A stretch of 64,000 nt of DNA, taken from contig JAZDPG010000027.1 of the NCBI GenBank assembly GCA_043797815.1, forward strand, positions 29,554-93,553, read 5' to 3'. Within the stretch, counting starts at the first letter, position 1. Every line of letters begins with the position of its first letter. The translations under genes and the position numbers were made by a program. A model generated the notes under the pieces. The model worked only from the letters and a program-made list of their open reading frames with translations, searched no databases and was not told where the DNA came from. The stretch comes from Bacteroidota bacterium (GTDB lineage Bacteria; Bacteroidota; Bacteroidia; Bacteroidales; GCA-2748055). Positions 15,603 to 25,644 of this stretch are shown here, piece by piece.

Positions 15603-18434
15603 ATGAAACGCATTCAATTTATTATTTCAATAATACTGCTGGCTTCCATCAGCCAGATTTCTTTCGGCCAGATGGACCCAACTGCCCCGCTTCCCCTGGA
15701 TGAACTTGTTCGTCACGGTGTATTGGATAACGGTATGACCTATTACATTAGAGCCAATAAGGAACCCAAAGAGCGGGCTTCCTTTTATATAATCCAGAAT
15801 GTGGGTGCTCTTTTGGAGGAGGATCACCAGAATGGACTTGCCCACTTCCTGGAACACATGGCATTTAACGGAACCGAGCATTTCCCCGAGAAGGGGATCA
15901 TCGATTTTCTTGAAAGGCATGGTGTGGCATTTGGGGAGAACATCAATGCTTATACCAGCTTCAATGAAACAGTATATAACCTTTCCGATGTTCCGGTATT
16001 TATGCCGGGTATCGTTGATAGCAGTTTAATGATTCTGCATGACTGGTCCAACTATCTGTTGCTGACCGAGAAGGAAATTGATTCCGAAAGGGGAGTAATT
16101 ACCGAAGAGTGGAGAACCAGAAGAGATGCCGGATTCAGAATGTTTACCGCCTCTCTTCCATACCTGCTTCCAGGCTCCAAGTACGCTAAAAGGAACATCA
16201 TAGGAGACCTGGATGTGATCCAGAATTCTGATTACCAGGCCATCAGGGATTTTTATTTCAAATGGTACAGAACCGATCTGCAGGCAATTGCCATTGTAGG
16301 GGATTTTGACGCCGTTGAAATAGAAAACAAGGTCATCGCACTCTTCTCGGAAATACCACCGGTAAAAGATGCTCTTGAAAGGCCCTTTTTTGAGGTCCCC
16401 GATCATGAGGATCCCGTGTTCGGTTTTATCAGCGATAAGGAGGCTACCCAAAGTGATATTACTTTATACATCAGGCACCGGAAACCAGTTTCCGGTCCCA
16501 CTACCCTGACGGATCTCAGAGAGAATTATATAGAGTCACTGTTTAACAGTATGATGGATATGCGTATCAGTGAGTTGCTGCAAAAGGGTAATCCTCCTTT
16601 TATTTCCGGGGGAATTTTCTATGGAGGTTTTGTGCGGGGATATGAAGTATTGGGTGTCAATGTCAGTCCCAAGCCCAACGAGGAGGCACTGGGATTGACA
16701 GCCATCCTTACCGAGCTGGAGAGGATAAAAAGATTTGGGTTTACTCAGGGTGAACTTGACAGGGCAAAGGCCAGTGAGCTTTCTCGGTGGGAGAAGTATT
16801 ATAAAGAGAGGGATAAAATCAGCAATGAGGAGTATATTGGTCAATACCAGGCTCATTTCCTGGAAAAGGAGGCATACCTTGACACTGAGTTTGAATATGG
16901 TATGGTACAGGCATTGCTGCCTACCATCACCATCCAGGATTTCAATGATAAGCTGGGCAAGTGGATCACTGATAGAAACCGGGTATTGATCATTGAAGGA
17001 CCTGATGGAGATAAATTTCAACATCTTACGGAAGCTGAAGCCTTTGCTGTTTTTAACCAGGTAGCTCAGGCCGATGTTGAGCCTTACAACGAAGAGGAAC
17101 TTGCTGAATCATTGATCAGCGAGGAGCTTTCACCGGCCAGGATTACCGGCCAGAAGGTGTTAAAGGAATTTGATGCAGTGGAGTGGACCCTTGAAAATGG
17201 GGCGCGTGTGGTTTACCGTTACGCGGATTATGAAAAGGACCAGGTACAGATCCGTGCGTATAGCAAAGGGGGAAGTTCACTGTATGACGATGATTATGTT
17301 CCCACCACGGATATGCTTCCCACATTGATGGACTACCAGGGAGTAGGAGACTTTGATGTATCCAGCCTGCAGAAGATGCTCACGGGAAAGAATATTTCAC
17401 TGCAGTTAAGCCTGGGAGATCTTTCTGAAGGATTAAACGGATCAGCCAGTCCAAAGGATATGGAGACTTTGATGCAACTTGTATATCTTACATTCAATCA
17501 CCCCAGGTTTGATTCGGAGGCCCAGGATGCGATCATTGCCAGGTATCTTGCATTTGTTCAGAACATGAGCAACAGTCCCCAGAAAATCATGGGCGATTCG
17601 CTGAGTCTGATCAGTACCAGCTATCATCCCCGTACAAGGGTACTGAATACGGAATATCTGAACGAAGTTGAATTTGAAAAGATGGAGGAGGTTTACAAAG
17701 ACCGTTATGCCGATGCCAGTGATTTCGTTTTTGTTATCGTTGGAAACATGCCCGAGAATGAGGTGAAACTCCTGGCTCAGACATACATCGGATCCATCAA
17801 CGATATCCAGCGGGTTGAAACCTGGATGGACCGCAAGGTATATGAACCGGAAGGGATTGTGGAAAAGACCATTCCCATGGTCATGGAAACCCCCAAAGCC
17901 AATGTGAACATCATGATCAAGAAGGGGATGGATTATTCTCCGTACAACAGCATGGTCATGAAAGTGATTGAAGGGATCCTGATTCTGCGTTATGATGAGA
18001 CCATCCGGGAGGAGGAGGGTGGAACCTATGGTGTGAGCCTGCGTACATCCCTCAGTCGCTGGCCGGTTGAAAAGGCCACCATGCAGATCAGGTACGACAG
18101 TGATCCTGAACGTGTTTCAGTGTTAAAAAGCCTGGTATATACTGAACTGGACAAGCTGGCCAGCGAGGGCCCTTCTGAAGTGGATCTGTCCAAAACAGTT
18201 AAAAATATGCTGAAAGGCCGGGAAGAGAGCAAAGAGCATAACAACTACTACATGGAAATGCTCTATAGCTATTATGTTCACGGAATCAATTTCAACGATC
18301 CGGCAAATTATGAGGATATCCTGAAAGGCCTTACCCCAAAAGATGTGAAGAAGGTGATGAAAGTATTTTACAAAAAGCCCAACATCGTTGATGTGGTCTT
18401 TATTCCCCAGGAGGAGAAGGTCGCGGATCAGTAA
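15603..18434 (+). CDS. M16-family (pitrilysin/insulinase-like) zinc metallopeptidase, secreted
   Basis: 943-aa ORF with a signal peptide. It carries the inverted zinc motif HFLEHMAFNGT (HxxEH) and the duplicated M16 active/inactive domain length. Confidence 0.9.
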   Translation: MKRIQFIISIILLASISQISFGQMDPTAPLPLDELVRHGVLDNGMTYYIRANKEPKERASFYIIQNVGALLEEDHQNGLAHFLEHMAFNGTEHFPEKGIIDFLERHGVAFGENINAYTSFNETVYNLSDVPVFMPGIVDSSLMILHDWSNYLLLTEKEIDSERGVITEEWRTRRDAGFRMFTASLPYLLPGSKYAKRNIIGDLDVIQNSDYQAIRDFYFKWYRTDLQAIAIVGDFDAVEIENKVIALFSEIPPVKDALERPFFEVPDHEDPVFGFISDKEATQSDITLYIRHRKPVSGPTTLTDLRENYIESLFNSMMDMRISELLQKGNPPFISGGIFYGGFVRGYEVLGVNVSPKPNEEALGLTAILTELERIKRFGFTQGELDRAKASELSRWEKYYKERDKISNEEYIGQYQAHFLEKEAYLDTEFEYGMVQALLPTITIQDFNDKLGKWITDRNRVLIIEGPDGDKFQHLTEAEAFAVFNQVAQADVEPYNEEELAESLISEELSPARITGQKVLKEFDAVEWTLENGARVVYRYADYEKDQVQIRAYSKGGSSLYDDDYVPTTDMLPTLMDYQGVGDFDVSSLQKMLTGKNISLQLSLGDLSEGLNGSASPKDMETLMQLVYLTFNHPRFDSEAQDAIIARYLAFVQNMSNSPQKIMGDSLSLISTSYHPRTRVLNTEYLNEVEFEKMEEVYKDRYADASDFVFVIVGNMPENEVKLLAQTYIGSINDIQRVETWMDRKVYEPEGIVEKTIPMVMETPKANVNIMIKKGMDYSPYNSMVMKVIEGILILRYDETIREEEGGTYGVSLRTSLSRWPVEKATMQIRYDSDPERVSVLKSLVYTELDKLASEGPSEVDLSKTVKNMLKGREESKEHNNYYMEMLYSYYVHGINFNDPANYEDILKGLTPKDVKKVMKVFYKKPNIVDVVFIPQEEKVADQ

Positions 18435-18438
18435 GCTA

Positions 18439-18524
18439 TATGTAACGAAGAAGCCTTCCTCTTGTGAGACCGGATTTACGTTGGGAAAAAGTAATACGAA
18501 GGTATGTATGACGAGGAAGCCTTC
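18439..18524. repeat. imperfect ~20-nt direct repeat in a convergent intergenic spacer
   Basis: tatgtaacgaagaagccttc (18439-18458) matches tatgtatgacgaggaagccttc (18503-18524). Confidence 0.7.
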
Positions 18525-18543
18525 TTTTTAGCGCAGCTAAAAA
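18525..18543. terminator. palindromic hairpin TTTTTAGC-GCA-GCTAAAAA (candidate bidirectional terminator)
   Basis: An 8-bp stem with a 3-nt loop, flanked by T and A runs. It is nested inside the outer inverted repeat GGTATGTAT(18501-18509)/ATACATACC(18557-18565). It lies between the convergent M16 and dNK genes. Confidence 0.35.
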
Positions 18544-18576
18544 ACAGCGACGAGTTATACATACCGTAGTAATAGA

Positions 18577-19191
18577 CTAAAACAAGCCGTGAATTTCCGC
18601 GTTGATCTTATCGATGATGGTACTCAGGTCTTCGCGCTTGTCCCTGAAGTTGATGTTGTCCACATCCACAATCAACATCTTGCCTAAATTGTATGTCTCT
18701 ACCCACGCTTCGTAACGTTCGTTGAGGTGCTTCAGGTAATCGAGCCTGATGTTGTTCTCATACTTGCGTCCCCTTTGCTGGATCTGGTCAACCAGCGTAG
18801 GAATATTGGCACGGAGGTAGATCAGAAGATCGGGTGGCTCAATAAGGGAACTCATCAGGCTGAACAGGGCAAAGTAGTTTTCAAAATCCCTGGTACTCAT
18901 CAATCCCATGCTGTGAAGGTTGGGTGCAAAGATAAATGCATCTTCATAGATGGTCCGGTCCTGGATGATCTTCTTCCCCGATTGCCGGATCTTTACGATC
19001 TGGCTGAAACGGCTGTTCAAAAAATAGATTTGAAGGTTAAACGACCATCGTTGCATGTCCTGGTAGAAATCATTGAGATAAGGATTGTCATCCACATCTT
19101 CGTAATGGGCTTCCCAGTTGTAATTTTTGGCAAGCAAACTGGTAAGGGTGGTTTTACCAGAGCCAATGTTTCCGGCAACAGCTACATGCAT
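18577..19191 (-). CDS. deoxynucleoside kinase
   Basis: 204-aa ORF with the P-loop VAGNIGSGKTTL and the dNK-family pattern ..YEDVDDNPYL..FY.D..RW.F.LQ..FL..R... Confidence 0.85.
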   Translation of the reverse strand: MHVAVAGNIGSGKTTLTSLLAKNYNWEAHYEDVDDNPYLNDFYQDMQRWSFNLQIYFLNSRFSQIVKIRQSGKKIIQDRTIYEDAFIFAPNLHSMGLMSTRDFENYFALFSLMSSLIEPPDLLIYLRANIPTLVDQIQQRGRKYENNIRLDYLKHLNERYEAWVETYNLGKMLIVDVDNINFRDKREDLSTIIDKINAEIHGLF

Positions 19192-19235
19192 GTTTAATGA
19201 TTTTGGTAGTCAATCAGACCCTAAGATAATAACTT

Positions 19236-20750
19236 TTATTGGGTTAAAATATCCTGGAGTTCATCTAAATATTTCCGGTCATTGGCCAGCCTGGGTATTT
19301 TGTTCTGACCGCCCAATTTCCCCCGTTTTTGCATCCAGCGATAGAAAGTTCCCGATTCCAGGGAAATCACACGGGGTTCCTCAAGGGTAACGTTTTTTTG
19401 CCGTTTCGCTTCGTAATCGGAATTGAGATGGCACAGGGTTTCATCCAGAATCCTGGCGAAGCGTTCCAGGCTGTCTGGTTGTGAATGGAATTCAATCATC
19501 CACTGATGAGCCCCTTTTTTATCAACACTCATGAACATCGGCCCTGCCGTATATTCCCGGATAATGGCACCTGTTTCACTGCAGGCTTTCATCAGCGCTT
19601 TTTCGGCGTTGTCCTCGATCACTTCTTCTCCAAATGCATTGATGAAATACTTTGTTCTGCCGGAGATCTTGATTTTATGCGGGTAAAGGGAAGTGAATAC
19701 CACAGTATCCCCGATCAGATAACGCCAAAGACCTCCGTTTGTGGAGATAATCATGGCATAATTGACCTCCTTTTCAACATCTTTCACTGTGCAGACCGGT
19801 GGATTCGGATCTTCAAGTTTGTCCAGGGGGATAAACTCATAGAAAATACCCAGGTCAAGCATCAGTAGCAAATCATCCTTATCCAACTCATCCTGAATAC
19901 CGAAAAAGCCCTCTGAAGCATTATATGTCTCCAGGTAATTCATTTCATCCGAAGGGATCAGCTTCCGGTATTGCTCCCTGTAAGGTGTAAAGCTGATTCC
20001 GCCATGGGTGAAAAGCTCCAGGTTGGGCCATACCTCAAGAATATTGTTTTTCCCCGTGTAGTCGAGGATTGCCCTCAGCAGAACCAGGTTCCAGGATGGC
20101 ACTCCTGCAATATTGGTTACATTCTCATTGACTGTATGCCTGACAATTTTTTCTATTTTCTCTTCGAAGTCTGGGATGAGCGCAATTTCGGCTGCAGGGG
20201 TTCTGATAAACTGCGCCCAGAATGGAAGGTTTTCAATGATGACAGCCGAAAGATCTCCGAAATAGGATTCGTTGCTGAACTTATTCACCTCCACACTTCC
20301 TCCCAGAGTCAACCCTTTCCCTTTCAGGATGGCATTGTCGGGACGTTCTTTGGTGTAAAATGCAATGACATCTTTCCCTCCTCTGAAATGACAATCCTCA
20401 AGCGACTCGTTGCTTACCGGGATGAATTTGCTTTTGTCGGAGGTGGTACCTGATGATCTGGCAAACCATTTTATTTCTGAAGGCCAAAGCAGGTTCTGCT
20501 CCCCTTCCCGAAGACGGTTGATATAAGGTTTAAGATCTTCGTATGTACTAATGGGTACCCTTTGCTGGAAATCCCTGATGGAGTTTATGGATTCATATCC
20601 AAACTGAATTCCCCAGGTTGTTTTTGATGCCTGGCCAATCAGTTTTGCAAACACCTCCTGTTGAACGTCATATGGATAATTCCTGAACAGCTCAACCTGG
20701 TGAAGCCTTTTCACATTTACCCAGGAAATAATGGAATTAAGGAGGGGCAT
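19236..20750 (-). CDS. GH3-family (auxin-responsive-promoter-like) acyl-adenylate-forming enzyme homologue
   Basis: 504-aa ORF. The N-terminus ..NVKRLHQVELFRNYPYDVQQEVF..L and ..FARSSGTTSDKSKFIP.. match the bacterial GH3 family as I remember it. Confidence 0.75.
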   Translation of the reverse strand: MPLLNSIISWVNVKRLHQVELFRNYPYDVQQEVFAKLIGQASKTTWGIQFGYESINSIRDFQQRVPISTYEDLKPYINRLREGEQNLLWPSEIKWFARSSGTTSDKSKFIPVSNESLEDCHFRGGKDVIAFYTKERPDNAILKGKGLTLGGSVEVNKFSNESYFGDLSAVIIENLPFWAQFIRTPAAEIALIPDFEEKIEKIVRHTVNENVTNIAGVPSWNLVLLRAILDYTGKNNILEVWPNLELFTHGGISFTPYREQYRKLIPSDEMNYLETYNASEGFFGIQDELDKDDLLLMLDLGIFYEFIPLDKLEDPNPPVCTVKDVEKEVNYAMIISTNGGLWRYLIGDTVVFTSLYPHKIKISGRTKYFINAFGEEVIEDNAEKALMKACSETGAIIREYTAGPMFMSVDKKGAHQWMIEFHSQPDSLERFARILDETLCHLNSDYEAKRQKNVTLEEPRVISLESGTFYRWMQKRGKLGGQNKIPRLANDRKYLDELQDILTQ

Positions 20751-20760
20751 GAAAGCTTGG

Positions 20761-21810
20761 TTACAGGATCAGCATCGCATCACCATAAGTTCCGAATTTA
20801 TATCCCTCCTTGATGGCTACCTGGTATGCATCCATCAGGAAGTTATAGCCAGCAAACGCAGAAACCATCATCAGCAATGTGGAGTACGGAAGATGAAAAT
20901 TGGATACCATCCTGTTTGAAACGCTGAATTCGTAAGGCGGGAAGATGAATTTATTGGTCCAGCCATCAAATTCTTTCAGATAACCATCGGTTGAGACGGA
21001 ACTTTCGAGGGTTCGCATGACCGTGGTTCCCACGGCGCATACATTCCGCCGCTTCTCCCTTGCAGCATTGACCAGATTCACAGCCTCTTCTGAGATCCTG
21101 ATGCGTTCTGAATCCATTTTGTGTTTGGTCAGGTCCTCCACATCTACTGTGCGGAAATTCCCCAATCCCACATGCAGGGTGATATAGGCAAATTCAATAC
21201 CTTTGATCTCAAGGCGCTTCAGCAATTCCCGGCTGAAATGCATGCCTGCGGTTGGGGCTGCCACAGCACCTTCATGCTTGGCATAGACGGTCTGGTAACG
21301 CTCCCTGTCTTCAGGTTCTACCTTCCTCTCAATGAACTTGGGCAGCGGAGTTTCACCCAATTCGAAAAGCGTCTTTTTGAAATCGTCATAATCCCCGTCG
21401 TAAAGAAACCGGAGTGTCCGGCCGCGGGAGGTGGTATTGTCAATGACTTCGGCAACCAGCACATCATCATCACCAAAGTAGAGTTTGTTACCGATCCTGA
21501 TTTTTCTGGCAGGATCTACCAATACATCCCAGAGCCTCTGTTCCCTGTTCAATTCCCTCAGAAGGAATACTTCGATCTCAGCTCCGGTTTTCTCTTTGTT
21601 TCCATAAAGCCTGGCGGGGAATACTTTTGTGTCGTTGAAGATCATTACATCCTGGTCATCAAAGTAGTCGATAATGTCTCTGAAGGTCTTATGCTCAATC
21701 TTTTGGGTACCGCGGTGCAGAACCATCAGCCTGGATTCATCGCGGTTTTTTGCAGGAAATTTGGCAACCAAAGCAGGGGGTAATTCGAATTTGTATTGGG
21801 ATAATTTCAT
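20761..21810 (-). CDS. queA: S-adenosylmethionine:tRNA ribosyltransferase-isomerase
   Basis: The ORF is open to 21858, and the likely start is ATG 21810 ([19 protein letters not shown]..). It contains ..[19 protein letters not shown].. and ..HVGLGNFR.. motifs. Confidence 0.9.
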   Translation of the reverse strand: MKLSQYKFELPPALVAKFPAKNRDESRLMVLHRGTQKIEHKTFRDIIDYFDDQDVMIFNDTKVFPARLYGNKEKTGAEIEVFLLRELNREQRLWDVLVDPARKIRIGNKLYFGDDDVLVAEVIDNTTSRGRTLRFLYDGDYDDFKKTLFELGETPLPKFIERKVEPEDRERYQTVYAKHEGAVAAPTAGMHFSRELLKRLEIKGIEFAYITLHVGLGNFRTVDVEDLTKHKMDSERIRISEEAVNLVNAAREKRRNVCAVGTTVMRTLESSVSTDGYLKEFDGWTNKFIFPPYEFSVSNRMVSNFHLPYSTLLMMVSAFAGYNFLMDAYQVAIKEGYKFGTYGDAMLIL

Positions 21811-21865
21811 ATTCAGGAATCTAATATTGATGAGAGCCTCGTTATACGTAGGAAACACAAATTTG

Positions 21866-22567
21866 TTACAAAAGTTCTAAATTTTTTAAAAAGTCCCCGG
21901 GGGAAATGGCATCAGAGACCTGATAAGGACCGATCCGGGTTCTTCTCAGGCCGGTCAGATAAGCCCCCGAACCCAATTCTTTTCCAAGGTCGCGGGCAAG
22001 GGACCTGATGTATGTTCCTTTACTGCACTCCACAAGGATGGTGAGGTCAGGAGGATCGAATGAAAGGAGATCCATTTTGTATATGGTGATTTGCTGCATG
22101 CGCAGAGTGATCTCCTTTCCCTTCCTGGCCATTTTGTATGCCCGTTTTCCATCCACGCTTTTGGCCGAATAGAGCGGAGGCATCTGCTCCTGTTTACCGG
22201 TAAATTTTTCAAGGGCCTGTTCTGCCATTTCCCGTGTGATATGTTCCCAGGGATAGGTTTGATCGGGTTCAGTTTCCAGATCAAGGGAAGGAGTGGTGGC
22301 TCCCAGCCGGATCCGTGCCTCATAGGCCTTGTCCAGATCCTGGAACTGGCTGATTTGTTTGGTGGCTTTCCCGGTACAGATGATGACCAGTCCGGTGGCC
22401 AGCGGGTCGAGGGTACCTGCATGTCCAACTTTGATCTTTGGGATGCCCAGGCGGTATTTCAAAGACTTCCTTACCTTGTTGACCAGATCAAATGAAGTCC
22501 AGGTAAGCGGTTTATCCATGTACAACACTGTTCCTTCCAGGTAGGTTTCAGGATTGGGGGCTTCCAT
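21866..22567 (-). CDS. truB: tRNA pseudouridine(55) synthase
   Basis: 233-aa ORF containing ..[25 protein letters not shown].., which includes the catalytic Asp motif. Confidence 0.9.
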   Translation of the reverse strand: MEAPNPETYLEGTVLYMDKPLTWTSFDLVNKVRKSLKYRLGIPKIKVGHAGTLDPLATGLVIICTGKATKQISQFQDLDKAYEARIRLGATTPSLDLETEPDQTYPWEHITREMAEQALEKFTGKQEQMPPLYSAKSVDGKRAYKMARKGKEITLRMQQITIYKMDLLSFDPPDLTILVECSKGTYIRSLARDLGKELGSGAYLTGLRRTRIGPYQVSDAISPGDFLKNLELL

Positions 22568-22571
22568 TCAA

Positions 22572-23357
22572 TCAGGCAAATACTATTGAAATAATACCTA
22601 CCAGTGCGCAGTAGAGCGCAAACCAGTACAGATTCCCTTTTTTCACCAGCCGGATCATCCAGCTGCAGGCCAGCACACCTGCCACATACGCTGCCAGGAA
22701 TCCGGCTACAAGCGCACCTGCCCTGATGGAAGGTTCACCGGCTGAGGTGGAAAGTGAAATGATATCCAGCAGGCCTGCCCCAATGATTGGAAGCAGAACC
22801 ATCAGGAATGAAAATCTGGCCACATCACTACGGCCGTTTTTAAGCAGAAGTCCGGTGGAGATGGTTGCCCCGGAACGCGAAATTCCCGGAATGACAGCCA
22901 CGGCCTGTGCAACTCCCATGATGAATGCATCCAGGAAAGGAATCGTTTTTATGCCCGTTTTAACCAAATGGGTGGAAACAAGCAAAGCCGCAGTAACCAG
23001 CAAAGCACTTCCCACGAGGATCAGGTTCCCTGAAAACAGTGATTCCACCTCTTCCCGGAACAGGATTCCTACCACAAGGACGGGAACCATTGAAAGCAAA
23101 ATTTTTGTCACATATCTGGTTTCGGTATTCCAGCGGAATGCAAACAGGCCGCGGGCAAGATCCTTGATCTCCCTGAAGAAAACAGTGATGGTGCTCAGCA
23201 CGGTGGCAAAGTGAACCAGGACAGTGAAGGAAATATCTTCTTTTACTTCCACATTCAGCAGGACTTTTCCTATCTCCAGGTGTCCGCTGCTGCTGACTGG
23301 CAGAAATTCCGTAAGCCCCTGGACAATGCCAAGGAGGAGGGCTTCAATCCAGGTCAT
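22572..23357 (-). CDS. uppP: undecaprenyl-diphosphate phosphatase
   Basis: 261-aa polytopic ORF with ..QGLTEFLPVSSSGHL.. and ..PGISRSGATI.., the BacA/UppP motifs. Confidence 0.9.
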   Translation of the reverse strand: MTWIEALLLGIVQGLTEFLPVSSSGHLEIGKVLLNVEVKEDISFTVLVHFATVLSTITVFFREIKDLARGLFAFRWNTETRYVTKILLSMVPVLVVGILFREEVESLFSGNLILVGSALLVTAALLVSTHLVKTGIKTIPFLDAFIMGVAQAVAVIPGISRSGATISTGLLLKNGRSDVARFSFLMVLLPIIGAGLLDIISLSTSAGEPSIRAGALVAGFLAAYVAGVLACSWMIRLVKKGNLYWFALYCALVGIISIVFA

Positions 23358-23617
23358 TGGTCTTTATCTCCTGTGGGCCTGGGTTTTTTCATGATGGCCC
23401 ATATTTCAAAAATGAAACCTGCGAGGACCACCAGTGGAGCCAGCGTGATACGGCGGAAACTAAAAATCTCCTTCTCGTTAAACACCATGGGATCTTTCGA
23501 TTTACCTCCGATCATCAGGATAAATCCAAGGACAATAATGGCAAATCCGATCACCAGCAGGATGTAATTTTCCCTGCCTAGTGCAAAATTCTCCTTGCCT
23601 GTATTCTTTTTACTCAT
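23354..23617 (-). CDS. small two-TM membrane protein (DUF3098-like)
   Basis: 87-aa ORF with two TM helices. It lies between ftsX and uppP, which is where I remember DUF3098 occurring in Bacteroidetes. Its stop overlaps the uppP start by 4 nt. Confidence 0.55.
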   Translation of the reverse strand: MSKKNTGKENFALGRENYILLVIGFAIIVLGFILMIGGKSKDPMVFNEKEIFSFRRITLAPLVVLAGFIFEIWAIMKKPRPTGDKDQ

Positions 23618-23629
23618 AACGGCAATATT

Positions 23630-24505
23630 TTAATATAGCTTATCGGTCTTTATATTCAGATACTTATTGACTGCAAAATAGGTCGAGATCAGATTAAGCA
23701 GCATTCCGGTACCAATAACCCCCAGGGCCAGTATGGCCAGGAGATCATAATCTTTCAGTGAAATCACCCCTTCAAACTCTTCCTGCAAAATATATACAAG
23801 GCTGAACAGCAAGGCCAGAGAGATCAGGCTTGCAGTAAAACCATTTGCAATTCCACTGAACAGGAATGGCCTCCTTATAAAACTCCTGGTGGCACCTACC
23901 AATTGCATGGTGTTGATGATAAACCGTTTGGAATATATGGACAACCTGATGGTATTGTTGATCAGTGTAACTGAAATCAGCATCAGCAAAACGGAGAATC
24001 CCAGGATTATCAGTGAGATCTGACGAATGTTCTCATTGATGGCGTACAGAAGTGATTTCTTATAATAAACCTCTTCGATGGAATCATATTGCAGCAGGTC
24101 CTGTTCGATCATCATCACCGAATCGGGAACGGTCCAAGGTTGGTGGAGCCTGACACGGATGGAGGGAGGGAGGGGATTGTAACCCAGGAACCGGATAAAA
24201 TCTTCTCCGAGCATCTGTTCGGTTTCCAGAGCCGCTTCCTCCTTGGTGATGTATTCGGTAGAAAGAATATATTCCCTTGCGTCGAGAATTTTTTGAAGCT
24301 GGTAAATATCTGCTTCTTTGATATTCTCTTTCAGGATTACATTAAAGCCGATGCTTTCCATTACCTGTTTCCTGATGTTGCGGCCGTTGACGAGCAAGAG
24401 CCCGACCAGGCCGATTAATAACAATACCAGGGAAATACTGATAATGGAAGTAATCGCGGAACTTCGGATCCTCCGGGTATATGTCCTGTTTTCTTTCTTC
24501 GACAT
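23630..24505 (-). CDS. ftsX: cell-division FtsX-like permease
   Basis: 291-aa ORF with an N-terminal TM, a periplasmic domain and three C-terminal TM helices. The sequence ..MQLVGATRSFIRRPF.. is typical of FtsX. Confidence 0.75.
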   Translation of the reverse strand: MSKKENRTYTRRIRSSAITSIISISLVLLLIGLVGLLLVNGRNIRKQVMESIGFNVILKENIKEADIYQLQKILDAREYILSTEYITKEEAALETEQMLGEDFIRFLGYNPLPPSIRVRLHQPWTVPDSVMMIEQDLLQYDSIEEVYYKKSLLYAINENIRQISLIILGFSVLLMLISVTLINNTIRLSIYSKRFIINTMQLVGATRSFIRRPFLFSGIANGFTASLISLALLFSLVYILQEEFEGVISLKDYDLLAILALGVIGTGMLLNLISTYFAVNKYLNIKTDKLY

Positions 24506-24538
24506 AGCCTGAAAAATGGCTGTGGCAAAGATATGAAT

Positions 24539-25555
24539 TTAATCAAGAATTTTGGTCCAGCCGAAGGGATCTTCCAAATCACCTTTTTGAATGCCCGTCA
24601 GGGTCTCATATAACTTTGTAATGACGGGTCCGGGATTGCTGGCATCCCCGTAAGTATAGGTGACTTCTCTTCCCGGGTCAAATATCTTGTGGATGGGTGT
24701 GATAACAGCAGCGGTGCCACAGGCTCCGGCTTCATCAAACTCAGCCAGTTCTTCCAGCAGGACAGGGCGTTTCTCAACTTTCATCCCCATGTTTTCAGCC
24801 AGGGTTTGGAGGCTCATGTTGGTGATGGAGGGCAGTATGGAATTTGATCTGGGTGTTACATAAGTATTTCCTTTGATACCGAAGAAATTGGCCGGCCCGC
24901 ATTCATCAATATATTTTCTTTCCCTGGAGTCAAGGTAAATGGCCGTGGCATATCCCTTTTCATGGGCCTCAAGGATGGAACTCATGCTGGCAGCATAGTT
25001 GCCCCCCACCTTCAGGTGACCAGTGCCCATGGGCGCCGCCCTGTCATGATCCCTGCAGATCATCATATTGACTGGTTTAAAGCCAGTCTTGAAGTAAGGC
25101 CCTACCGGCATCACAAAAACCAGGAAGGTATACTCTTTTGCGGGCCTTACACCCACCTCAGGTCCTGACCCGAAGAGCAAGGGACGAATATAAAGAGAAG
25201 CACCGGTTCCATAGGGGGGTACATATTTTTTGTTCAGCAGAACAACTTTCTCAACGGCTTCCATGAAGAGGGAAACAGGCACCTCAGCCAGCAGGATCCC
25301 CCGGGCCGAAGTCTGCATTCGCTTTGCGTTTTCATCGTGGCGGAATAACCTGATTCTGCCGTCAGCCCCCGTGAAAGCTTTCAGCCCTTCAAATGATTCC
25401 TGTCCGTAATGAAGGCAGGTAGCACCAATGTGAATGGGGATGGTTTCATCGGATGAAACTTCCAGGTCACCCCATTTCCCGTTGCGGAATAGGCAGCGCA
25501 CGTTATAATCCGTCGACATGATATTAAATCCAAGGTTTTTCCAGTCAAGTTCCAT
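24539..25555 (-). CDS. ilvE: branched-chain-amino-acid aminotransferase
   Basis: The ORF is open to 25588, and the likely start is ATG 25555 (MELDWKNLGFN..). It contains ..YGQESFEGLKA.. and ..GTGASLYIRP.. class IV aminotransferase motifs. Confidence 0.85.
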   Translation of the reverse strand: MELDWKNLGFNIMSTDYNVRCLFRNGKWGDLEVSSDETIPIHIGATCLHYGQESFEGLKAFTGADGRIRLFRHDENAKRMQTSARGILLAEVPVSLFMEAVEKVVLLNKKYVPPYGTGASLYIRPLLFGSGPEVGVRPAKEYTFLVFVMPVGPYFKTGFKPVNMMICRDHDRAAPMGTGHLKVGGNYAASMSSILEAHEKGYATAIYLDSRERKYIDECGPANFFGIKGNTYVTPRSNSILPSITNMSLQTLAENMGMKVEKRPVLLEELAEFDEAGACGTAAVITPIHKIFDPGREVTYTYGDASNPGPVITKLYETLTGIQKGDLEDPFGWTKILD

Positions 25556-25644
25556 AGGATGGTCAGTTATGAGTGTACAAGGATTCAAAAGTAAACATTC
25601 GAACCCTCAGCAACAACAGCAGAGGAATGTTTTAAAAGGATGTT

